From positions 320 to 64,319 of the forward strand of contig JAKAFO010000001.1 in the NCBI GenBank assembly GCA_021819735.1: a stretch of 64,000 nucleotides of DNA, read 5' to 3'. Positions 10,011 to 20,000 of this stretch are shown here, piece by piece. Source of the DNA: Deltaproteobacteria bacterium (GTDB lineage: Bacteria > Desulfobacterota > Desulfobacteria > Desulfobacterales > Desulfosarcinaceae). The position numbers were made by a program, and so were the translations under genes. The first letter of the stretch is position 1. Each line of letters opens with the position of its first letter. The notes below the pieces were generated by a model. It did no database searches and had not been told where the DNA came from. It worked only from the letters and a program-made list of their open reading frames with translations.

Positions 10011-10385
10011 TTAAACAGCCATTGCACTCGATTGAACAGCAGGCTCAAGCTGCGATGTGACGATGGCCAACTCAACCCGGTAATGACCTTCGAAGCGGCC
10101 TTTGCGTTCATTGATGATGTTTTTGATCTCTGTTTCGCGTACCTCCATGGGCTCCCGCGGTTCACAGCTAAGGTACTTCATCGGCAGAATGCTGCCGATT
10201 CTAAGTTGGGGTAAAACCTGGGATGAATCTTTTACAAGTAGAAACAAGCAATTACATTCTGATCGCCACAACTTGAATTGATAAATGGGGTGGGGCGTAT
10301 CCAGTACGAATTCCACGCTGTGACAATGGGCGAGCGGGAGCATGCATCCCTGGTGCTTGGCTGATTGGCTCTGGATTGGTTTCAT
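10011..10385 (-). CDS. Hypothetical beta-rich protein, possibly a degenerate PilZ-like fold
   Basis: AAAGGTGG RBS and an upstream sigma54 promoter. Pattern 'SVEF...YQFKL...LLVKDSS...LRIG...TEIKNI...GRFEGHYRVEL'. Confidence 0.65.
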   Translation of the reverse strand: MKPIQSQSAKHQGCMLPLAHCHSVEFVLDTPHPIYQFKLWRSECNCLFLLVKDSSQVLPQLRIGSILPMKYLSCEPREPMEVRETEIKNIINERKGRFEGHYRVELAIVTSQLEPAVQSSAMAV

Positions 10386-10424
10386 CGCATATCCACCTTT
10401 TTGTTTTTGGCTGGCATGCTCTCA

Positions 10425-10440
10425 TGCAAAGGAAGTGCCA
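10425..10440 (-). promoter_or_regulatory. Sigma54 (-24/-12) promoter
   Basis: Minus strand TGGCAC-TTCCT-TTGCA is an exact match to TGGCAC-N5-TTGCW, about 40 nt upstream of the ATG at 10385. Confidence 0.8.
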
Positions 10441-10643
10441 TCGCATGAGTCTTATATCGGTGTCAGCGAAACGATTCTTAAGGCATTTGCCTGGTGTTAT
10501 CCTGAGAGTGCCGGATGAGCCGAAGTGGGAGGGTTTCTGGAAAAGAGAGTCAGAGGTTCGGGGAAGGATAATAAAGTGCCGCTGATTTGGGTCCGGTCCG
10601 CTTGTCGATGACTACGTCAAAATTCCGAACTTTTTAACCGGCT

Positions 10644-12149
10644 TTAGATGCCCTTGACGTCGAATTTGGTGATGAGGCGCGAAAGGTATGTCCGCTGAAT
10701 CGCCATGATTTGGGCGGCCTTGCTGCGATTGCCCCCGGTATGCTTCAAGTTAAGGATAATAAACTCTTTTTTGAACTGGTTGAGGGCTTCATCCAGCGTC
10801 AAGCCCACCTGCAGGCCAGGATAATTGCTGCGCGAGGAGGCAATGGGCAGATCTTCGGGTAGAATCTCCTTGCCGTTGCCCATCACCACGGCACGCTCCA
10901 CGGCATTGCGCAATTCGCGGATATTGCCCGGCCAATCGTATTGAATCATCTTATCCATGGCCAGTTTGGAGATGACCAGATGGGGGATGACGGTCTCTTC
11001 TTTGAAAACCGTCAGGAAGTATTCCGCGAGCAAGGGAATGTCCTCCCTGCGTTCACGCAAGGTGGGCATGCTGATCTGCACCACATTGAGCCGGTAGTAG
11101 AGGTCCTCCCGGAAACGACCCTCGGCCACCTCCGTTTCCAGTTTTTTGTTTGTGGCCGAAAGGACGCGTACATCCACCGATATGGGAATGTTGCCACCGA
11201 CGCGGTAAAAATTACCCTCCTGGAGCACCCGTAGCAGCTTGGCCTGCATCCCAGGGGTCATTTCGCCGATTTCATCCAAAAAGATGGTTCCTTCGTGGGC
11301 CAGTTCGAATTTGCCTACCTTGCGGCTCACGGCGCCTGTAAACGCCCCCTTCTCATGGCCAAACAATTCGTCTTCCAGCAAGGTTTCCGGAAGCGCCGCG
11401 CAATTGATGACCACCAGCGGCTTGTTCTTGCGCGGTCCGGCCCTATGGATCAAGCGCGCCAACAATTCCTTGCCCGTGCCGCTTTCCCCCAAAATCAAGG
11501 CACTGGCCTTGGAGTTGGCCACCTTGAGACCGTCGGCAATCACCTTTTCCAGAGCAGCGCTTTTGCCCACCATTTCATGGCGAACCTTAAGCTCTTCTTT
11601 GAGATCCTGGTTTTCGCGTTTGACTTCTTGGATATTTTGGGCATGACCCAAAGCCAGCGCGGCCAGGGAGGCAAACTCTTCCAGGAGTTGCATATCGCTC
11701 TGCCCCAGGGGGCGACCGTCTTCCTTATCGATGATTTGCATCACACCGATGATGGTCTCTTCTCGTTTCAGAGGTACGCAGGCAATGGATTGGGTCTCGA
11801 AACGGATGGACTCGCTGATCTCTTTAAACCAACGCGGATCATTGCGCACATCCGGGATCAAAAGCGATTGCCCGCTTTGGGCCACATGGCCGGCGATGCC
11901 TTGTCCCATTTTGATGCGGTACTCTTTGACTTCCTTGCGTTTTTCGCCGGTGGCCACCTGGAAGAAGAGGGTGTTGGTCTTGCGGTCCACCAAGAGCAGG
12001 GAAGCGGCTTTGGCCTGCATCACCCGGGCCGCCGAGCCTATAATCAGCTCCAGGAGTTTATCCAAATCTTGAACGGACGATACCCATGAAGATATCTCTT
12101 TTAGATGGGTGATCAGCGCTGCATCGCTAGAGGATATTTTTGAGGCCAT
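10644..12149 (-). CDS. Sigma54-dependent activator (GAF - AAA+ - Fis-type HTH; NifA/FhlA-like architecture)
   Basis: N-terminal GAF, then GESGTGKE, GAFTGA, FLDEIG, WPGNIREL and a C-terminal HTH. Confidence 0.93.
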   Translation of the reverse strand: MASKISSSDAALITHLKEISSWVSSVQDLDKLLELIIGSAARVMQAKAASLLLVDRKTNTLFFQVATGEKRKEVKEYRIKMGQGIAGHVAQSGQSLLIPDVRNDPRWFKEISESIRFETQSIACVPLKREETIIGVMQIIDKEDGRPLGQSDMQLLEEFASLAALALGHAQNIQEVKRENQDLKEELKVRHEMVGKSAALEKVIADGLKVANSKASALILGESGTGKELLARLIHRAGPRKNKPLVVINCAALPETLLEDELFGHEKGAFTGAVSRKVGKFELAHEGTIFLDEIGEMTPGMQAKLLRVLQEGNFYRVGGNIPISVDVRVLSATNKKLETEVAEGRFREDLYYRLNVVQISMPTLRERREDIPLLAEYFLTVFKEETVIPHLVISKLAMDKMIQYDWPGNIRELRNAVERAVVMGNGKEILPEDLPIASSRSNYPGLQVGLTLDEALNQFKKEFIILNLKHTGGNRSKAAQIMAIQRTYLSRLITKFDVKGI

Positions 12150-12370
12150 ATTAATTACCTTAGAGTATATTGACTAAGATTTTGGTTAAATTAGAATAAA
12201 CCGTTGCAATCGGGAAGCGTCCAGCCTGAGAAATAACTGTGCGCATCATAACTGACAAGCAGGGGGGTGTCAAATCAAACTCTGGAAATCATACCTAAAT
12301 CTACCATTGTGGTTTTTAAAAGGTTCATTTATGGTGGGCGCAGATTTTAATAAGAACCGAGGAACTGCTT

Positions 12371-13792
12371 ATGTCGATGCCCGGAAATGTCCTGCCTGAG
12401 AAAGTGCGCTCCGTCCACCTGATTGCCATCTGCGGAACAGCCATGGGGGCCTTGGCCTGCATGCTCAAAGAGATGGGGTATACTGTCACCGGTTCGGACC
12501 TGCATGTTTATCCTCCCATGAGCGATTTTCTGAGGGCCAAAGATATCCATATTTTCGAAGGTTTTCATGCCGACCACCTGGCCTCCCGACCCGATCTGGT
12601 GGTAGTGGGCAACGCGGTTTCCAGGGAGAACCCGGAAGCCAAGGCCATGCAAGCGATGGGGCTATTTTATTGCTCCATGCCCCAGGCCATCAATCGGTTT
12701 GCCGCTGCTGATAAAAGGCAGATTGTCATCACTGGAACCCACGGCAAGACCACGACCTCATCGTTTATCGCTTGGATGTTGCATTGCGCCAAAATGGACC
12801 CTTCATTTCTAATTGGCGGTATCCTGTCGGATTTCAACAGCAACTATCGTGTGGGCCGGGGCAAATGGATTGTTTTAGAGGGCGATGAATACGATACGGC
12901 CTATTTCGACAAGGGGGCAAAGTTTTTTCACTACACGCCTGATGTGGCGATTGTCACCAGCATTGAGTTCGACCACGCCGATATCTTCAAGGATTTGGAT
13001 GCCGTCAAGCAAACCTTTCGCAAATTCATGCAAGCGCTGCCCGACAAGGTTGATCTGGTCGCTTTTGACGACGACGAGAACATCGCCGAACTGCTGCCGG
13101 CGGTAAGTGCTCGGGTTGTCGGATATGGCAAGCATCCGGACACGGAATGGACTCTCGGCGAAGTGCGCGTCGCGCCGCCCTTCACCTATTTCAGGGTCTT
13201 CCATCATGGGCAACCCTACGGCAATTATCGGACCCGCATGATCGGGTTGCACAACTTGAGCAACTTATTGGCTGGCGTGGCCGTGGCCCACTGCCTGAAT
13301 ATCGATGGCCAGGCGGTGGCCCACGCCCTGGAAAGTTTCAAGGGGGTGCGGCGCCGGCAGGAGGTGCGCGGCATTAAGAATGATATTGTGGTCATCGACG
13401 ATTTTGCCCATCATCCGACCGCCGTGCGCGAAACCATCCAAGCCGTTAAGTCCTTTTATGGCAGTCGACGGCTGGTGGCGGTATTTGAACCGCGTACCAA
13501 CTCCAGCCGGCGGGATGTATTCCAATCGGTCTATCCCGCTTGTTTTGACGCCGCCGATGAAATCTGCGTTCGCCAGGCGCCTTTGCTTGAAAAGATTCCC
13601 GAAGGGCAGCGGTTTTCCTCGAGTCGCCTGGTGGCGGATCTATGCGCTTCGGGCAAGAAGGCGTTTTTCTTCGAAGATACGGATGCCATCATCAAACATT
13701 TATGCCTTCATGCAGCACCCGGAGACGTCCTGCTCATCATGTCCAACGGCGGTTTCGATAATATCCACGCCAGGCTCCTCGAAGCCCTATAA
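12371..13792 (+). CDS. mpl: Murein peptide ligase (UDP-MurNAc:tripeptide ligase)
   Basis: Motifs ICGTAMG, GTHGKTTT, EGDEYDTAYFDK, DDFAHHPT, EPRTN and MSNGGF. Confidence 0.9.
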   Translation: MSMPGNVLPEKVRSVHLIAICGTAMGALACMLKEMGYTVTGSDLHVYPPMSDFLRAKDIHIFEGFHADHLASRPDLVVVGNAVSRENPEAKAMQAMGLFYCSMPQAINRFAAADKRQIVITGTHGKTTTSSFIAWMLHCAKMDPSFLIGGILSDFNSNYRVGRGKWIVLEGDEYDTAYFDKGAKFFHYTPDVAIVTSIEFDHADIFKDLDAVKQTFRKFMQALPDKVDLVAFDDDENIAELLPAVSARVVGYGKHPDTEWTLGEVRVAPPFTYFRVFHHGQPYGNYRTRMIGLHNLSNLLAGVAVAHCLNIDGQAVAHALESFKGVRRRQEVRGIKNDIVVIDDFAHHPTAVRETIQAVKSFYGSRRLVAVFEPRTNSSRRDVFQSVYPACFDAADEICVRQAPLLEKIPEGQRFSSSRLVADLCASGKKAFFFEDTDAIIKHLCLHAAPGDVLLIMSNGGFDNIHARLLEAL

Positions 13793-13849
13793 GCGAGGTG
13801 AAGAACGGGCGCAGTTCTCTGCGGATTAAAACCACACAAAGGAAAAGGC

Positions 13850-14767
13850 GTGAAAGCAGAAATAATTGCACAGCTTCGATGTGCCGATGTCGTCTCCGGC
13901 GAGCGCCTCAGCCAGGCCTTGGGGGTTTCTAGGGTAGCTGTCTGGAAACACATCCGGCAAATGCAGGAACTGGGATACAAGATCGAAGCTGGTTCCAAGG
14001 GATACCGCCTGCGCAGTGCACCGGATACACCCTTCCCATGGGTGTTTGGCCAGCACGCCGACCAGGTGCATTACTACCCGGAAATCAGTTCCACAATGGA
14101 TGTTGCCATGGATTTGGCGCGCCAGGGATGTCCGGCTTTTACGATCGTGGTGGCTGATCGCCAAACCAAGGGAAGGGGAAGGTTGCAGCGGACGTGGCAA
14201 TCCATGCTCGGCGGTCTCTATTTTACGATGGTGCTGCGTCCCCGGATGCCGCTGGTTTTGGCGCCGTTGATCAATTTGGCCGCGGCTGTGGATCTGGCCA
14301 TAATCCTGGAGGCCTTGTATGGCATTCAGGCGCGACTGAAATGGCCCAACGATGTCCTGGTGGAAGATCGCAAGTTGGCGGGCATTTTATCCCAGATGGC
14401 GGCCGAAACGGACCGCATCGACTATGTGAATCTCGGTATCGGCGTCAATGTGCACAACGATACGCGTCAAGTGCAACCACCGGCCGTATCGGTCTGCCAA
14501 TTGACCGACCGTCCGGTTTCAAGGGCTGATATCCTGGCCCACTTCTGGGAGCGCTTTGAGCAGCGTCTGAGGGCGGGACGCTGGACCGATGTGGTACCCC
14601 AATGGAAAGCGCAGGCCGCTACCTTGGGCCGCTTGGTGAAAGTCCAGACCCTTTATGATGTGTTTGAAGGACGCGCGGTGGATGTGGAAGAAAACGGCGG
14701 CCTGATCCTGGAGAAGGAGGACGGCCGGCGCCTGACCGTCGTCTACGGCGATTGTTTTCACCAGTGA
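13850..14767 (+). CDS. birA: Bifunctional biotin ligase / repressor
   Basis: N-terminal HTH SGERLSQALGVSRVAVWKHI, plus QTKGRGR, KWPND and KLAGIL. Confidence 0.95.
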   Translation: MKAEIIAQLRCADVVSGERLSQALGVSRVAVWKHIRQMQELGYKIEAGSKGYRLRSAPDTPFPWVFGQHADQVHYYPEISSTMDVAMDLARQGCPAFTIVVADRQTKGRGRLQRTWQSMLGGLYFTMVLRPRMPLVLAPLINLAAAVDLAIILEALYGIQARLKWPNDVLVEDRKLAGILSQMAAETDRIDYVNLGIGVNVHNDTRQVQPPAVSVCQLTDRPVSRADILAHFWERFEQRLRAGRWTDVVPQWKAQAATLGRLVKVQTLYDVFEGRAVDVEENGGLILEKEDGRRLTVVYGDCFHQ

Positions 14768-14777
14768 TTTTTTTTAT

Positions 14778-14806
14778 TTGACATCATTGCCAGTAGAAGG
14801 TAAAAG
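14778..14806 (+). promoter_or_regulatory. Sigma70-type promoter of the tRNA-Lys / tRNA-Glu pair
   Basis: TTGACA-N17-TAAAAG just upstream of the tRNA. Confidence 0.6.
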
Positions 14807-14822
14807 GCCATTTTTCGTACGG

Positions 14823-14898
14823 GGGCCGTTAACTCAGGAGGTAGAGTATCTGCCTTTTAAGCAGAGAGTCGTTGGTTCGAGTCCAACACGGCCCACCA
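14823..14898 (+). tRNA. tRNA-Lys (anticodon TTT)
   Basis: GGGCCGTTAACTCAG...TCTGC-CTTTTAA-GCAGA...GGTTCGAGTCC...CGGCCCACCA. Confidence 0.96.
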
Positions 14899-14992
14899 AC
14901 TTGCTGCCGATAACAAAAACTGCCCAGCAGTTGCCTCGCGTTTCAAGAGGCAAGGAAAGGGCAGGAAAACATAGATGATCGAATTGGTTTCC

Positions 14993-15070
14993 GTCCCCAT
15001 CGTCTAGCCCGGCCCAGGACACCGGCCTTTCACGCCGGCGACAGGGGTTCGAATCCCCTTGGGGACGCCA
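14993..15070 (+). tRNA. tRNA-Glu (anticodon TTC)
   Basis: GTCCCCATCGTCTAG...CCGGC-CTTTCAC-GCCGG...GGTTCGAATCC...GGGGACGCCA. Confidence 0.96.
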
Positions 15071-15081
15071 TTCATATACAG

Positions 15082-15118
15082 GAAAGGGTTGCCATCAGCG
15101 GCAACCCTTTTCGTTTTT
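15082..15118 (+). terminator. Intrinsic terminator after the tRNA pair
   Basis: GAAAGGGTTGCC-ATCAGC-GGCAACCCTTTTCGTTTTT. Confidence 0.85.
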
Positions 15119-15221
15119 GCTTGAAGACCACTTCATTCAGTGACTATTCATCCGACTGAAAAGTTGTTAACATGGGCGCAATGAAACCTGCCGCTGTCGC
15201 AGGGATTACAAAGACGAAACC

Positions 15222-15764
15222 ATGGCGCAAATTTTTCATATCGCCACATACCGTGAACAGAGTGCTTTACAGGCAGGATTCAAACAGTGGGGCCGTTGCT
15301 TCAAGGGCGATTTTACGATCGGCACACGGTTCGGCGATTTGAATGCAGCCATTCTGTGCCGCCTATCCGACCCGACTGAGCCCTGCGAAGTATTATACTA
15401 CCCTTTGATCTTAGGCTTTTTGGGCCAGGATGCGAATCAATCCTTCGAACGTCTGGATACGACGATCCAGATTCAGGTGGTCGATATCCATCTTTTTCTT
15501 ACCGATCAGGTGAGATTCGAGATGATGCGTCGCATGGGATGGCTGGCCCGCTTGGCCGCCGGTCAGTACCCGATATTCGATATGGTGCGCCGCTTTGATC
15601 GGATCCGAGAGTTGTGCCAGCAGGACCCGCCTCTTTTATCTGAAACGCATTCCGGTTACTCCGAATATAAATCGCTGGTCCCTCGCGACCAGCAAGTATT
15701 CATCCGTCGGATGTTTCCATCCGCACTGGAAGCATTCAAGCGGGAATATCTACAGAGTCGTTGA
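15222..15764 (+). CDS. Hypothetical protein (180 aa)
   Basis: Long ORF with protein-like composition; no motif recognised. Confidence 0.7.
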   Translation: MAQIFHIATYREQSALQAGFKQWGRCFKGDFTIGTRFGDLNAAILCRLSDPTEPCEVLYYPLILGFLGQDANQSFERLDTTIQIQVVDIHLFLTDQVRFEMMRRMGWLARLAAGQYPIFDMVRRFDRIRELCQQDPPLLSETHSGYSEYKSLVPRDQQVFIRRMFPSALEAFKREYLQSR

Positions 15765-16032
15765 CCCGGTCCCTCAATTTGCCGGAGCACTTGAAGGTCA
15801 CCACCTTGCGTTGCCTGAGAATCAGGTCTTCGCCTGTAGCTGGATTTCGGCCACGGCGGGGGCGCTTGGCTTTGACGCAAAACTTTCCGAAGCCGGATAC
15901 CAGGACATCGTCGCCCTTGGAGAGTGTCCCTTTGATGATCTCGAGCAGCGACTCGACAACTTCCACCGATTTTTTCTTGGTGAAACCCAAATCGTTAACC
16001 TTGTTCACGATATCATTCTTCGTTAGAGCCAT
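15736..16032 (-). CDS. ihfA: Integration host factor subunit alpha
   Basis: MALTK...SGFGKF...GRNPATGE...VVTFKCSGKLR, with a GGAGG RBS. Confidence 0.9.
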   Translation of the reverse strand: MALTKNDIVNKVNDLGFTKKKSVEVVESLLEIIKGTLSKGDDVLVSGFGKFCVKAKRPRRGRNPATGEDLILRQRKVVTFKCSGKLRDRVNDSVDIPA

Positions 16033-16303
16033 AAGACCTCCTCAACGCCCTATGGGCTGCCTGAGCCGCCGCCATCATCCCGAGCGAGTTAGGTTGACAT
16101 TACTCCTGTTTCGGACCGTTATCTTCTGTGCGGACCGGGGCAAATTCTTCAAACTTTTGAACGATAGCGTCAATTTTCTTTGAAATTTGATCGATCTCCG
16201 ACTTTAAATCCAAATCGTCTATTTCTTTCATTCTTGTTCCTCGACCTTTGGTTCACTTCAATCGATGACGCGATCTCGATCTTCAGGCATCTACCATGCT
16301 TTG

Positions 16304-16645
16304 TCAGCGTGGATAAATGCCGCGGTGATAAAGGTAATCGTAGTAATAGGTCTGGTACTCTTCTTCTTCCGCGGCCGTTCCTGTTTGCTCCACCGGCGCA
16401 GGAGGAGGGGGCGGTTGCTGGCCGCTCAACCAAAGTCTTCGTGAATAACCATAAAGCACATCCTTGAGCAGTTGGGGGGCCTCCACGATTTCCGGATTGT
16501 TGACAATGAACTGGTAGGTGGCTTCGATCACGGCCCGTACATTGCGGACATACTCTGTATCATCCAGATGGTCCTCGATGCTGAGCGCATGCATGTGGTT
16601 GAGAATCGTTTTCACGGTTCCTTCAATGGCATCGATGCATTTCAT
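16304..16645 (-). CDS. Hypothetical protein (113 aa; Pro linker, Tyr-rich C-terminus)
   Basis: GAGG RBS before the ATG; ends EEEEYQTYYYDYLYHRGIYPR. Confidence 0.7.
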   Translation of the reverse strand: MKCIDAIEGTVKTILNHMHALSIEDHLDDTEYVRNVRAVIEATYQFIVNNPEIVEAPQLLKDVLYGYSRRLWLSGQQPPPPPAPVEQTGTAAEEEEYQTYYYDYLYHRGIYPR

Positions 16646-16898
16646 TGAAACCTCATGCGAAAGTCGCTATATGCATGCGCGGATGACCTGTCCTGCATGC
16701 ACATAACAGGAAGGTCGCTATTTTCTCGCGGAAGCTGTCCATACATTGTTTGGGAATAATTTCATATAGATGGAACATATACGCAACAAAGCATGGTGTC
16801 AAGCCAACAAATGCGATGGGGGAGAAGATCCGGAGGTGACGCCGCGGTCCCGGGAAAAGCGCTGGGCGCTTCCTTATCATGCGGAAATGGATACTTTG

Positions 16899-16974
16899 TG
16901 GAGCCGGCGCGCGGAGTCGAACCGCGGACCTGCTGATTACGAATCAGCTGCTCTACCTACTGAGCTACGCCGGC
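16899..16974 (-). tRNA. tRNA-Thr (anticodon CGT)
   Basis: GCCGGCGTAGCTCAG...GCTGA-TTCGTAA-TCAGC...GGTTCGACTCC...GCCGGCTCCA. Confidence 0.96.
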
Positions 16975-17002
16975 GAGGCTCGCAAAACGAATTTCACCTA
17001 TA

Positions 17003-20000
17003 GTGTTTATGATACAAAATCAAGAGCAAATTTCCTGGCAGCAGTTGCTGGCGGGGCTTCAAGAACGCAAGGAACCCACTGATGTCGTGGGGCTCGGCGG
17101 TTCGGCCATCCCTTTTGCGGCTGCCCAGATTTATCGACGCCACCGCTTGCCCTTGCTGCTGGTGACCGCAACCGTCAAAGCCGCCGGGCGCCTGGTCGAA
17201 GATCTAACGTTTTTCCTAAAGGACGAGTTGCCGCCGATCCTCTATTTTCCACCTTACAATCTACTGCCGTATAAATTCATGGCTTACCACAACGAGACGG
17301 CCGGACAGCGGGTACGAACCCTGTATCGAATCATGGAGGCTTCCGAGGCCCCCCTTGTGGTAACCACGGTGGGTGGCTTGATGCAGCAATTGCTGCCCAA
17401 GAGCGCCTTGGCGCAATTCTCTGAACTGGTGGTGGCCGGCGAGGAACTGGATCGAGACAGCTTGGTGCAAAAGCTGGTGGCCGGCGGGTACAGCCGGGCC
17501 GCCATTGTGGAGGAATCGGGGGACTTCGCCCTGCGTGGCGGCCTGCTGGACCTGTTCTCTCCTTTATATAATGACCCGTTGCGCATCGAGTTTTATGGCG
17601 ATCTGGTCGAGTCCATTCGCCTCTTTTCGGCCGATACCCAGCGCACGATCAAAAACCTGGATGAGGTAGTGATCTTACCTGCCCGGGAAGTCATTATGGC
17701 CCCGGCGGAGCTCAACACTATCCTGGGACGCTTGCGGGCCCGGGCCGTCGAACTGGGGGCGCCGGTCACCAAGACGCGGGAGATGGCCCAGCGCATCAAA
17801 ACCGAAGGATTTTTTCCGGGCATGGAAAGCCTGCTGCCTTTGATCTATCCGCGTCTCGATACCCTCTTGGACTATCTGCCGGCCGCGACGCTCGCCCTGT
17901 TGGTGGACCCAGGGGAACTGGCCGGGGCCGCCGCGGAGATCGAGAGTCAGGCTGCCCGGAGTTTTCAGAGCGCCAAGGCCCATGACCAGCTTTTTGTCGA
18001 GCCGGAGGCGCTCTACCTGCCCTGGCCAAAGGTTCAAGCTCGTTTGGAAGCCCATCGGCCTCTGGCTTTCAAAATGCTTTCGATCATCGCGCCGGAAAAT
18101 GAGCGCCCCGCTCGGGCGGTCTGCCAGACCGCCAGCAGCGAAACCATGGATGTAAGAGTGGCCCTGCAGGCGGCGGTAGACCCCCAACAACCGTTTCAAC
18201 CCCTGGTCGACTGGTTGAATGGGCAGACGCAGGCTGGGCTCAATGTTCTGATTGTTTGCCGGCGCCCTTCCCATATAGAGCGCCTGGCCCAAACCTTGGG
18301 CGCGTATGAGTTGCGCGCGACAGCCATCGCCGCGTTGAACCAGATGCTGGAGGGACGCGGTCGTATTTATCTGATCAGCGGCGGCATCGGGGCGGGCTTT
18401 GTTTGGCCCGAGGCCGGGATCGTTTTGATCAGCGACGAGGATATCTTCGGTACGGCCTACCGCCCGCGCAAAGCGGATCGCTCCGCCAAGGCCGTCGAGT
18501 TGCTGAACATTGAGGATCTGCATATCCACGACCTCGTCGTGCATGCCGAACACGGCATCGGCCAATACGAAGGGCTCGTGAAACTCGGGGTGGAACGTTC
18601 CATCAACGACTACCTGCTGATCGTCTACAGGGATGGCGACAAGCTATACCTGCCGGTCGAGCGCATGCACACGGTCCAAAAGTACCTCGGGGTGGAGGGG
18701 GTGGTGCCGGTCCTGGATAAAATGGGTGGTACCACCTGGGAGCGGATCAAGGACAAGGTGAAGCGCTCCACGGAGAAGATTGCCGGCGAATTGCTCCAGC
18801 TCTATGCGGCGCGCAAGGTTCAGAAGGGCCACGCCTTCGGCGCGGTGGATACCTATTTCCGGGATTTCGAAGAGGGCTTTCCCTTCGAAGAAACCGTGGA
18901 TCAGCGCAAGGCCATCGAGGATGTGCTCCAGGACATGCGCCAGCCCTCGCCCATGGATCGTCTGGTGTGCGGCGACGTCGGCTACGGCAAAACCGAAGTG
19001 GCCTTGAGGGCCGCCTTCCTGGCCGTGAGCGATGCCAAGCAGGTGGCGGTGCTGGTGCCGACCACGGTGCTGGCCGAGCAGCATTTTGCCACCTTCAGCC
19101 AGCGCTTCAAGCGCTTTCCGGTGCGCGTGGCCTCATTGAACCGTTTCCGGTCCGCCAAGGAGCAGGCCCAAATCACCGCCGGTCTTCGGGATGGGACCAT
19201 CGATATCGTGATCGGGACCCATCGCCTGCTGCAGAAGGACATCGAATTCAAAGATCTGGGGCTGCTGATTCTGGACGAAGAACACCGCTTCGGCGTGCGA
19301 CACAAGGAGAAGATCAAAAGCCTGCGCGCCACGGTGGATGTGCTGACCCTGACAGCCACGCCCATTCCGCGCACCCTTCATTTTTCCATGTTGGGAATTC
19401 GGGATATCAGCCTGATATCGACGCCTCCCGAGCAGCGGCGGCCCATCGCGACCTACATCACCGAGTTCGAGGACACCATCGTGGCCGAGGCCATCCGCAA
19501 GGAACTGGCCCGCAAGGGGCAGATCTTTTTCGTGCACAACAATGTCTTCGGCATCGAACGCATGGCCCAACACCTGCAAACCCTGGTGCCCGAGGCGCGC
19601 CTGGCCATAGCCCATGGGCAGATGCCCGAAGATCGCCTGGAGCGGGTGATGCTCGATTTCATGGAGCGCCGGGTCGATATGCTGGTGTGCACGACGATTA
19701 TCGAGTCCGGCCTTGATGTCACCGCGGCCAACACCATATTCATCAACCGGGCCGATCATTTCGGCCTGGCGCAAATCTACCAACTGCGCGGGCGGGTGGG
19801 GCGGGGCGAGGAGCAGGCCTACGCCTACCTATTTATACCCAACGAAACCACGCTGACCAAAGATGCCCAGAAGCGTCTGAAGGTCTTGATGGAGTACAGC
19901 GACCTGGGTTCGGGCTTTCAGATCGCCATCAGCGACTTGAAAATTCGCGGCGGCGGCACGATCCTGGGCGCTTCCCAATCCGGCCACATTGCGGCCGTGG

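Noticed and set aside
10412-10428. Plus-strand TGGCATGCTCTCATGCA as a divergent sigma54 promoter
   Set aside because: GG-GC spacing is one base too long and no plus-strand gene follows.
6209-14898. Shared sequence at 6209-6240 and 14867-14898 as an att site or inverted repeat
   Set aside because: These are two complete tRNA-Lys isoacceptors (CTT and TTT) with similar acceptor and T arms.
15071-16898. Genomic islet between tRNA-Glu and tRNA-Thr
   Set aside because: No integrase, transposase or duplicated tRNA 3' end is visible.
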